Made by a program: the position numbers and the translations under genes. 64,000 bases of DNA from Paraspadella gotoi. Lineage: Eukaryota; Animalia; Chaetognatha. Shown in pieces: positions 1 through 11,939 of the stretch (within the stretch, counting starts at the first letter, position 1; each line of letters opens with the position of its first letter). Location: the NCBI GenBank assembly GCA_051294375.1, contig CM119267.1, forward strand, positions 22,197,486 through 22,261,485. The letters run 5' to 3'. Below the pieces are notes generated by a model. The model saw only the letters and a program-made list of their open reading frames with translations, was not told where the DNA came from and made no database searches.

Positions 1-1509
<1,509 letters not shown>

Positions 1510-1853
1510 TTTTTCTCTTTTTTTTTATGCTTCTATTCCTTGAGTTTTGGGAAATAAAAGTCATGAGCTACGATGGAATGAAAAAATAAGAAAAAACGCG
1601 ATCGGCTTAAAAAAACCATCGAAAAAGCTACTGGAATAAAAACTTATCACAGATGTGGTTTAGTATCACAATGCCTTTTCGACTGGAAAAATCCAGAACC
1701 ATATGTACGTGGAAGCGTTAGAAAGGAACAATGAAAATAAAATCAAGTTGTATATATAATGCTGCAACAAAATACAAACTTTTGTTGAAATAGAAAACAT
1801 CTGAAGTAACTAATTTTTTTATATATATATATTATATAATATATATATATTTA

Positions 1854-2050
1854 AGATTAAAGACGAAATCTTTTACATCAACGATTTTTATTTTTAAAGG
1901 TGCATACAAGTTTCGGCTTTCATTCAAGCCTTCATCATTGAATGAAAGCCGAAACTTGTATGCACCTTTAAAAATAAAAATCGTTGATGTAAAAGATTTC
2001 GTCTTTAATCTCAAATAACCCAAACACAACGAAAGAAAGTTTAATCACAA
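1854..2050. mobile_element. Penelope-type hammerhead element copy 1: 74-bp inverted arms, ribozyme core broken at the inversion
   Basis: Arms 1854-1927 and 1938-2011 with a 10-nt loop. Minus strand reads TGATGA A GGCTT GAATGA AAGCC GAAAC TT GTA. The 3' tail AATAAA...CAACGAAAGAAAG...CACAA is shared with the other copies. Sits in (AT)n sequence. Confidence 0.75.
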
Positions 2051-2104
2051 ATATATATATAATATAATATAATACTATTGTAACTCGGGAGCGAAAAAAA
2101 AAAT

Positions 2105-5038
2105 TTACAACTTAACGAAAAATACATTTTCGTCCGCAATGTCCCCCAGGTTCGAACACCCTCCCGGATATCCCATGAACGGGTCCTCGTGATGATCGGA
2201 GAGGCAGTAATCGTGATCTAAGTGCCCCTCCTTAACGTCCATCCCTTGAACTCGGTCGGCCACCTCGCCGACCCCGAAGTCTTTCACCAACCCTTCGCCC
2301 TCCGCGATGGCGTGCAAGTCTTCCTCTGTGACGGAGGTCAAACGACGAGGAGCCTTTGAGGCGGAGGGACCCGGGGATTCGTCTCCGCCGGCGGCTTCGA
2401 ACCCGGAGTCGGGCGTGGCCGGGTTGCCAAATAAGTGTCTCGATTCTCCGCTCTCCGATAGACGAGATCGCCGCTCGTCGAGAAGCTGTTCGATGAGCGG
2501 GAGGATTTCTTCATTTCTCGCGAAGCCGGAAATGTAGCCGTGTTCGTCGAGGCTGTGACGCTCCTCTCGCCCATCCAGGTTCCTTCATCATAATACCACA
2601 TATTTTATAAAGTAAATACTAAATACTAAAGAAGAATGTTCTAATGTACAACTATAACATTACTTTTGTATGAAAAAGGTGACTCGAATAAAAAACAAAT
2701 TTCAATCCGTTTGGTACATACAACCAATATAAAAATTATTAATATCCAATCCTCACCTTCCCATATCCGCTAAAGACATATCTTGTCGTTCATCCGATTC
2801 GCTGAGAAAAACGAGCGTCGGATCGTCGACTTTGAGCACCGGCGTCTTCTCCAGCAACAAGTCGACGAAGAAGCTTTTCTTTTTCTCCAGTCCGTCCTTG
2901 CTCCAGTTGAATTGCAGTATTTCGGGTTGAGTCTGGCAGCAAAGAACGATCTCCCCTTGCTTTCCATTGCGGAAACGAAGCATGCAACGACCCGTGCGAC
3001 CTTTCGATAGTTCTTGAACCATGAAGTGTTTGCTAGTGAACCCCCATATTTTGCCCTCTCTCCATAGATGCAGTAAGTCGGGTCTCTCGCGATCCTTTTC
3101 GCCGTACTTGCCCAACAAGAGGGTAAGGTAAGAAAAGATCCACTGCCAACGGGAGGACTTTTCCTCGTGGAAATCCAATTGAGCCAACTCGGAAAAGGTG
3201 AGCGAGTCTTCGCGGTTTTTCTTCAGCTCGCTCAACAGTCCCGCCTCCTGATGATTACTTCCGCGGGAGGATCGGCCCAGGCCTTTGCCAGTGAGCGTCT
3301 CAAAAAGGACAGAAAGCTTATCGAAAAAAAGCGGCCAAGGCACGTTCCGACCGTCGTGATCCGGAAAGGCTCGATTCCAAAACACGGCGCACCACCCTTC
3401 CGGCTTTTGACTAGCGTTGGTGGTAACGGCGAAAGGGAGCGTTAGATAAGTTTGCATGCGCCCGTCTTCATGCCGCACTTCAATAGCGATCCGGTACAGC
3501 TTCGCCGACGCCCCCATCGTCTTCTTTCGTTTAAGGTCTAACTTGAACTTATGCCTCCCGTTGAAGTCGATCGTTGCCTCGAGAACGTCGGGCGATCCGC
3601 GTCGCGCCGCCACGGTCCTTTTGAAAGAATATTGGTCTGTCACAGAGTGATAGTCGGAGCCGTTTTCTGCGGCGTCCTTTAAAGTAACCCGAACGACAAC
3701 TGGCGGCGGCGCATCCGCGTCCATCATTCGAAGACGCACGACGCCTCGCTTATCGGTTCTGGTTACTGGACCGGGACTCTCGAACACGACTGCCCTCAGA
3801 CCCGGCAGGGCGCAATTCGCCAATGTTTGACTACTCCCAATTTTTTCCAGGCACTCGTCGACAGAGGGAGACGACGTCGGCACCTGCTTGACGGAACTCT
3901 TCAGGGCGGTACAGAGTTCAGGCAAAAGCTTATTAGTGACTTGGCGAAAAGCGGCCCATTCGGTGGCCAACCACTCGAAGGACTTCTCCCGTTCGGCCGT
4001 CAACTCTTTCTCCCTGCGTTGGTGCATATGTAGCAGATTAATTTGTGAATTGTCTGAAATGAGATTGAGTTCCTCAATCTCATTTGCATATTGTCGTATT
4101 TTGATTAAGCTTTGATAAATACTTATTCTATTACCTTAAAGGTTTAATATTATTATTTTACATTAGTAAATGATCATGTTTATTTGTGGTTCCGTTAATA
4201 GCTAAATAATTAATGATTTAATTGTCATAATTGCTAGTTTATTACTTTAATTATTCTTGTGATTCCAGCTGACCTTTCTATGTTTAGTAAAGAAAATATA
4301 TTCTCAGAGAATTATTCCTTAGTCAGCTAGGATTACAAGGGTCGGTTTTGAACCACTATGCTCTTGCTAGCTCAACACTTAGGTTTAGCATCCATTAAGA
4401 TATTAACATGTAATTGCTATCTTTTCATAGGTCTATACTTGAATACATTGCAAGCCTAACTCTCTAGTTCATTAGTCTTACCAAGAAGCCAGTCAAGTAG
4501 CCTTCAAACATTAAGTAAGTCACTGAATAATTATCCACTGAACCTATAGTAACCGATGTCATGTATAATCAGGGTAACCATCATCACAACAGAGATACCC
4601 CTCTGTTAGACATAAAGGTTGACACATGAAAGTACAGAAAGTAGAAAATAAATTACGGAATTTAGATCTTACTTACCTATCTTTATCCGTTTCTCCCTTG
4701 AATGGAGGCTCGAGCACGCCCAACGCGAAACCAAAGTTCTTGAAGTTTTCGACGAGTTTGTTCAAGGAGTCGTCGAAAACCACCAAAGCTTCGATTGCCC
4801 GAGAAAGAATTACCGAGCGACGCAACTTGATTTCGCTCAACTTTTCATGCAGTTTTAAACATAAATTGTCAACATCTTTGCCGCCTAAAGACGACTCTTC
4901 GGTGAGACCGCGATTGCAGTCCCACACTCTTTCCCAATCTGTCCCGTCAATGTTGAGCTCGTGCAATAAGCACTTGAAACATTCACGTAACGCGATCATG
5001 CTCGCCCCCTCCTTTATCAAAGTCACGTCCGTTTCCAT
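2105..5038 (-). CDS. STAT-family transcription factor, divergent (about 3 exons: ~4676-5038, ~2757-4130, 2105-~2584)
   Basis: LPFAVTTNASQ..WCAVFWNRAF, VPWP, WQWIFS..LWREGKIWGFTSK and GRCMLRF match the STAT DNA-binding, linker and SH2 regions. The spliced last exon gives DEHGYI, a candidate phospho-Tyr motif. Joining of exon 1 is inferred from splice phase. Confidence 0.8.
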
Positions 5039-5217
5039 GACGAAGCCGTGGGAGGTCAAAAAGGAAAGGAAGAGGCTTCAGACTTGCAGCGAAGGATGGT
5101 ATATGTTTTGGTGAAAAAAGGGAAAGAGCGGCAAAGCCAATGTATTGCAGTAAAAATAGAGAGAGAAACAGAAAACAAAACGAGATCGTAAAATGGAAAA
5201 CGGATTTTAATGAAAAA

Positions 5218-6497
5218 TTATCTCAAGACGTCCAATCCGTCCGCCAAATCTCTCTGATCAAAGTATCTGGAAACGAGGGAGACAAAGAGATTGAATGGTT
5301 GGAGGTGTGGGTGATCCGGCGAATCCAACTCGGATCGAAACTGAGAGCAGAGTCGGGCCAGATCACGGAGGACCGAGCAAGTGTCCGGAGTGAGAGGTTT
5401 TTGGAGGAGTGCCATGAAAGCGAAGATCCAGGGTCCCTAATTATATTAAAAGGTGAAATTTTTTTTTTGAACACACAAAATTTAACTAACCAACGTATGG
5501 GGCCAATACCTGTTGCACATGAAATCCATGGCCACGCATGTGCTCGATGTGGTGGCGTAGCACCTTCTCCACCAGCGGCTGATTCATGTACATGAGGACA
5601 CTGAGGAGCGGCGGGTTTCCCTTGGACAGGTCGGATTCTCTCGACGGATTTGGCGGCATCGGCGTCGAGTCCGGATCCGCCAAGCTCTTCAGAATTCCGC
5701 TGACGCCGCTTTTCGCCATCTGCCGGTCGGTGTCTTCCTCTGGAGATTCCGGCGAATCCTCTTCGTTGGCGGCGTCTTCTTTGGCGTCGTCGAAGATGTC
5801 CTCGTCTTCGTTAGCCTCCGCGTCGTCGTCTTCTTCGTCCTCATCGTCGTCATCATCGCTAATAAATGAATTGTCGATTACGAGAAAATATAAATAAAAG
5901 GCTCATCAACCAAAACGAACCACGAATCGTCGAAAAGGACGCCCTTGCCGCAACACCAGACGACCCAACGCTGGCCGTCAGTCAAGTCTGCGGGGAATTT
6001 CGGGGCTCCCGTTTTTGATCTTTGGAAAGTCTGCCTCATCTTGGCCAATTTTTCCCTTTGATCAAGAAGTAATTTTTCAAAAGCAATAAAATTAGTGACA
6101 ACAACATGCAATTTTACAATTTCCCTTAAAAATTAACCTGAGTTTGGAGAATTCGAGTATCTGCTTAATCTGCCACTGGATAGAGGGCTCGAACCCCGGG
6201 GGCGCCTTTACCGATCCCCCGTCGTAGGGCACCGAGTATGTCTTCATGGAGTCGAAGGCGTCCGAGTCGAGATTCGTCGCTATGGAAACGTCGGGATACT
6301 TGGACGCCTCTTCCCTAACCTAGGCGGTAAGACGGGTAATCTCTTCAAATTCACGTTTAAACTGCGTAGTTTCTTGAGCGTAAATATCTTACCTTCTTTA
6401 GGTAAGAGAGGGCAGTTTCGGCAGGACCGTCGTCGGCCCCGGTCTCAGTGCTGGCTGATTCCAACACCGGAAGTGCGCGAGGCAACAGATCGTCCAT
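5218..6497 (-). CDS. GEMIN2: Gem-associated protein 2 (SMN complex), multi-exon
   Basis: MDDLLPRALPV...SYLK..REEASKYPDV N-terminus, GNPPLLSVL, LQKPLTPDTCSVLRDLARLCS and C-terminal LVSRYFDQRDLAD. Confidence 0.9.
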
Positions 6498-7141
6498 CGT
6501 GTATATTTTTTAAAGCCTTTAAAACTTTCAAAAATAAAAAAAAATTAAATATCTAAGTTGTCGCAACAATATTCAATATCAATATCGAAATTGAGTTGTT
6601 TTTTTTTTAAATTTTGTATGAAATTGGTACAACCAATAAGTTTTATTACAATCGGTCAAGTGGTTTAGGAGATATGATTTTTTAAACTTGATTGTTCCAT
6701 CGCAGAGGAATCAAGATTCCAGAAACCGGAATCGAATCAACGACTCGAGAAGAATCCGCCGGAAATAAAATACGACTCTCTCATTGGTTGAAACACGAAT
6801 GGTACCGGCCAATGATGGCACTGGCGTCCATCTGCCTGGGGAGAATGGCCTTACCACGGATCCGATTCCATTGTATAAATAGCCAACGTTTCTGACTTGT
6901 TTTACTCTGTCTAGATACCTCATATGAGAGCTAATTTTAATTTATTTTTTTATATATTTTTATGCCAGTCCCTGGAGGATGATGTCAATATTCACTTGCA
7001 AAAAACCGTTTTAAAATTCCTACAATAGTTTCCGAGATATGGTCATAAACGTCAGCCTTCAAAGGCAAAATTTATCAGAATAAAATTTTCGAGTTGCTCT
7101 AAAGATACTAGTACTAACTATTTGACGAAAATTTGTTCTTT

Positions 7142-7401
7142 AAGTATTATTTTATTAGAAAAGTTTGAAATGAATTTTCAACAACGATTTTATTTTTAAT
7201 AAAAACGGACATGTTTCGGCTTAACTACAAGCCTTCATCAGCATTAAAAAAAACTTTTTTAATGCTGATGAAGGCTTGTAGTTAAGCCGAAACATGTCCG
7301 TTTTTATTAAAAATAAAATCGTTGTTGAAAATTCATTTCAAACTTTTCTAATAATTATTACACAACGAAAAGAAAGGATTATACCACAAAGTATTATTTT
7401 A
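7142..7401. mobile_element. Penelope-type hammerhead element copy 2: perfect 100-bp inverted repeat flanked by a 13-bp direct repeat
   Basis: Arms 7152-7251 and 7255-7354 with a 3-nt loop. AAGTATTATTTTA at 7142-7154 and 7389-7401 is a putative target-site duplication. Confidence 0.85.
7261..7302 (+). ncRNA. Minimal type I hammerhead ribozyme (mirror copy on the minus strand at 7204-7245)
   Basis: AAUG-CUGAUGA-A-GGCUU(GUAGUU)AAGCC-GAAAC-AU-GUC/CGUU: full catalytic core, 5-bp stem II, 4-bp stem I, palindromic ACAUGU stem III. Confidence 0.85.
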
Positions 7402-8698
7402 AAATTTAAGTATTGTACCAATAGGATTAAGTGAGATACTCCCGCTTTGCCGAAATTTTTATTTAACAAAGATTTGTACTGCGTAGTTCAAATCCTTAGT
7501 TCTCCGATGGTAAAAAAAGTTATTTTCTTGGATAACTTTTGAAAGAAAAGAGATAGCAAGGTGAGTGTGGTATCAAATTAAAGCCCTAATCATGGGACAC
7601 CTTTCTCAATGAGTTTAATTAAATTTCATCTATAAATCTTTACACAGCTTTTGTTTAAATCATAGTTAAAAGTATAACAATTTTTTGTGTTAAAAATTGC
7701 GATGAAGGCATATGAATTTTTTTGTTTTTCTTTCATGATTTGAAAAAGGGAAGACTGAATTACATTTTGATTACCATTAAATTTTCTCTACTGCATAAAA
7801 TTGATTGTATTTTTCAGTTAAAGTAAAAAAAAAGCAAAAATTTATGTAGTAGCTTGATAAAATGTATTTTTAAATATGAAAAATGATAAATACAAAAATG
7901 TTTTAAGCTTGATATAAACAGTCTGGACATCTACCTTCTTGCCTGTGAAAAAAAATCGTCACTTTTCATTATCTTCAACTGCAAACAAAAAGCTTGACAA
8001 ACTGCTTGTTTATCATAATAAAATTTTTAAAAATTACATAGCTGGCGACATATTTGACAAAGCAAGACATAATTGTGTTAAATTGTATTGATAATTTTCT
8101 TTTAAATAGAAAAAAAGAGAAATTTTTTATATCTTTCTTTTTATTTCTTCTTAAATAAAAATTTCAGCGAAGGAAAAAAAAATTTAAAATCTAGTCATCT
8201 TGAATGTCATCGTTTACTGATTAAAAGGTAGAATTTTTTAATTCGCCCTTTTGCCCCCAAGCCCCTAGACATGGAAGTGCCCAAAACTTTAAAAAACATT
8301 TTTACATGATGTGCATACAAGGCGGAACCCGCATTCTGAATTTTTGTATTTTCCCTTTCAAACATATTAAATAAAAATAATTATTTGCGAGATGTTTGAC
8401 ATTGACAATGCCACTGATAAGGCTTTGTTACCCCACTTCCCGAATGAATTTTTAAACGAGGTTTTTTTTCCGTCTATTTGAGACATAACACTAACTTTTG
8501 GTATTATTAGTTTTTCAATTTACACAATCTACTTCCCGTAATCAGCGAAACGTTTAGCGTGTCAAAAAAATAGGGTAAAAAAAGAGTAAAACGTTCTGAC
8601 AAATTTAAAAATCGATGGAAGAATCTACTCTGTCTGTTTTCATGAGAATAAAATCCATGTTGATTTCGCCTAGAAATCCCTGTCTCTTTACTTAAATG

Positions 8699-8737
8699 TG
8701 GTGGCAGCGGTGAGATTCGAACCCACGCCTCCGAAGA
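8699..8737 (-). pseudogene. tRNA-Leu 3' fragment ending in encoded CCA
   Basis: Minus strand TCTTCGGAGGCGTGGGTTCGAATCTCACCGCTGCCA-CCA gives the variable arm, T arm and acceptor strand of eukaryotic tRNA-Leu. No 5' half upstream. Confidence 0.8.
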
Positions 8738-9100
8738 AACAAGATGGGAAAAATAAATATTAAAAGTTTTAACCTGTCATTCATTTTATCTTTAAATAAC
8801 CTTGACATTTTTATTTAGGTATCTGGGTCAATCTAGTTATCCAGCTATTCCTCATGATCTCCAGCACATTTTTAAAAAAAAATTATTATAAAAAATAAAA
8901 AATATTAAAAAAAATTGATCGTGAATAAATCAAATTTCTTTATATTTAACTTTGCTTTAAAGTACTTTATTTTAAAAAATTATTGCTCCCAAACGGATAG
9001 CCCAATTTAAATATAATTTATATTCATATTTTTAACTAATTTTTTTAAAAACTTTAAAAAAAAATTAAAGTACACAGGGCAAGTTTTAAAGTCTGAAATA

Positions 9101-9132
9101 AAGTGGCCCGTTTATTTTTGAACATAACTGTA
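9101..9132 (-). mobile_element. Possible Tc1/mariner terminal inverted repeat (single end)
   Basis: Minus strand TA-CAGTTATGTTCAAAAATAAACGGGCCACTT resembles Tc1-type CAGT termini with a TA target. Partner end not found. Confidence 0.3.
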
Positions 9133-9259
9133 TTGCTGAAATGGTATCACACATAACTCATAACTGAAATAGAGAAAGTACTTGGGCAATAAAAATAAAG
9201 ATAGGTCGAAAGAGTCGTAAAATTCATGCGCACAGTTGACTTAAAATTTATATACGTCT

Positions 9260-10649
9260 TCATTTCCAGTCGCCTTTCTCTTTCAAATAGGTTCTCCATT
9301 CGAGGAGCGCTTCGTCGAAATCCCTTTCCTCGAAGATTCGACGAAAGACGGCCTTATCGTCTTCGTCGAGACTCCTCCATTTTTCCCCGCACTCTCGACC
9401 GAAATCGAGGATCGACTGTCCCTCCCTCCTTTCCAACGTCTTTTTAAAAGTCATAAAGGGTCGAAACCAGTTCGTCTTTTTCTCGCGCAGCCACCAGGGG
9501 ACCGAAGGGTCCCTCCCGGCGGCCTTGACCTCGTCGGCCCACGTCCGCAAGGCGTTATCGTAGCGCCGTTTCTCGTCGGCGGAGGCGTCGACGTAGGGTT
9601 GCTTGTCGAGGTCCGACAAGCCTGACCACCAGGCGGCAGTCAGGCGATAGAACTGGGACTGAGTCATACCTTCTGCCCGTTCAAAGGTTGACTGATAAAT
9701 AATGAAAGGGTTTCGCGGTCGGCGGGGACGAAAAGGTTCCACGTCTGAATCGGGCCTGGTATCATGGGCGCAGAGAGACTCGTGAGTTTCCCGCTGGGTC
9801 ACTGCCACGTCACCGTCAACCGCCTCCACGCCAATCCGCCGCTTCCTCCTTCGATAATCTTCAACTCTCTGGGCGTAAACCTCATAAAAGGGTCTCTTCC
9901 CCTCAGCGTCCAATTCTCGCCATTCGTCCGCGCATCTCCGGACGAAAGCATTCCACTTCTCGTCCTCGCCCCGGCGACGTGTCTTAAGAAAAACATCGAG
10001 AAAGACGCCTCCTGGAAAGCGGTCGGCCGGGTCATCCGTCCGCTTGGCGCGGGCGGCGGCTTTACGTCGATTCGACGCTCGACGTTGGGCTTGCTTAGCT
10101 TTTTCTTTGTCGGTCAAAACCTGTCGACGCAGAAGGTCAACGGTCCGCTCGCCCGACGTGCCCGAATTCCGAGCGGACAATTCGGCGTAGTATTCCTTGA
10201 GGCGAAGGCGACGTTCGGATTCGAGGCGCCGAAGTTCCGCGGCGTCGAGCCTTTTGAACTCATTGTTGAGGATTCGCCAAACCTCGGGGTCTTGGAATTG
10301 GAAAAGAAGGAGGAAGAATTTTAAAAATGAGACCGGAAAAAAATGAGAACAATATTTGTAACCAATGACTGGGCAAGTCGCACTCCGAACATACCGTTCC
10401 TTTTCAATTCGGGTCGTTGGGATAAAAGCCTCGCGCGATTGTCGTTGGCGTAACGATGCCACACCGACTCGGGCCGCTTGGGTCTCGGCTGAGAATTACA
10501 ATCTGATGTATTGGCGTTAAATCAACGACTATTGTCGAATTGACATTTTCAATTTAAGCACCTGAAAAATTGAGTCGACGAAATGATGTAGACGGTTTGA
10601 GACAAGAAAGAGTTCCCCCAACAAACATCGAGACGCACCGTGAAAACAT
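9260..10649 (-). CDS. TFAM-like HMG-box protein A (3 HMG boxes, probable mitochondrial presequence)
   Basis: Inferred exon 1 MFSRCVSMFVGGTLSCLKPSTSFRRLNFS. Three HMG-like units, e.g. RPRRPRNPFIIY...WSGLSDLDKQPY...EKRRY. Confidence 0.75.
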
Positions 10650-10830
10650 CTTCTAATTGTTCTATCAACATTCCAAATTAACAGCACAATAAACCTATGA
10701 AAACGTGAACTTTTTTTCAATAATTCGACTTTTAGAAATTCCGGTGCTGAGTAACAATTGAAGTAAAGAAAATAAATGATAAAAAATGATGGCAGTAACG
10801 AAAACAGTTAGTAAAAAGATATGAACTGAG

Positions 10831-11734
10831 TCAATCGTCTTGGATGGCCTTGTTATCCGGCTTGCGCTTAGAAGCCTTCAACCATCCCGGAGAAACGAGA
10901 TGGACGTGACCCTCGTCGACCATCCTCCGATTCCACTCCTCTAAAGAGTCTTTGTACTTCTTTCTCTCGATCTCGAAGGTCACTTGATAACTATCTCTCT
11001 CCCTTGGCGGGAGTCTTTTGAACTCTTCCGAACAGCGTCGAAAGAACTCTGTTACGGCTTCTCCGCGGGGCCGAGACGGCAACCGGCTATGCGAGAAGGA
11101 GAGGTAGGGGACGAGAGGTTTCTTCGGCTTACCCCTCGCCCACGATTCTTCACGGACGGATTTCCTTTCTTGCCTTTTCGCCCGGGCTGCCCTGGCCTCC
11201 TTAATTTTCTCCCGCTTTGCGCGATCAAGATTCGCCACTATTTTCATCTCAGCCTCGTTAAGGTTCGCCTTCCAGTATTCCATGGCGTGACGGTAATCGG
11301 CCTGTTTGTCGCGGTAAACCTTATCGTATTTTTTCCTCTCCGTAGGGTTGATCTTCCTCCACATTCCGCCCAAAACTTTGGAGATTTCTGCCGAGAGATA
11401 AAACTATTTATCATCTTTCAATTGAGAAATCTTTTAATGAAGTCACATCTTCTTTTATTTCTATCGTATAACTTTATAGAACCTCACCGATGGCAGATAG
11501 ATTCGGTTGAGCTTCTTTAACCTTCGGATAATTCACCGCGTGAAATTCCATATAGAGAGTAGGTTTCTTGGGTTTTTTCGGAAGTTCCTCAAAAGGGCGA
11601 ACGACATCATCTGCCGAAGTCGATAGACGAAGACTCGCGAAATTCCATGTCAGAACCGAGGAGCCGCGGGAACCGAGAGAGGAAAACCCAACCTGGGCGA
11701 CGCGAAAAACGGCGGAAAAGCCGACGGCCATCAT
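10831..11734 (-). CDS. TFAM: TFAM-like protein B (2 HMG boxes, closest to canonical mitochondrial transcription factor A)
   Basis: Arg/Ser-rich N-terminus, LPKKPKKPTLYMEF box 1, GKPKKPLVPYLSF box 2, tail WNRRMVDEGHVHLV. One short intron. Confidence 0.75.
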
Positions 11735-11939
11735 AGAAAAGAATACTAGTAACTAAGATTATTTTCAAATCTGTTAAAGTAACAAGATAAAATAACTTAT
11801 GAAATTGGTAAGTTAGTACAACCAATATAAAAAAAAATCCATTCATTTAATAAGCTCTTGTGGAAGACGATGCCGCAATAGAGAGTTCACTGACTCAATA
11901 GTGGGAGAGCATATTTAAATTTATTATTAGTCATTTACT

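Noticed and set aside
2338-2601. 87-aa ORF MWYYDEG as the STAT last exon
   Set aside because: Splice phase favours the overlapping frame that contains GYI and continues into ORF 2105..2341
4320-4400. B-box-like GGTTCAAAACC (minus strand) in the STAT intron, possible SINE or tRNA
   Set aside because: No convincing A box, cloverleaf or second copy
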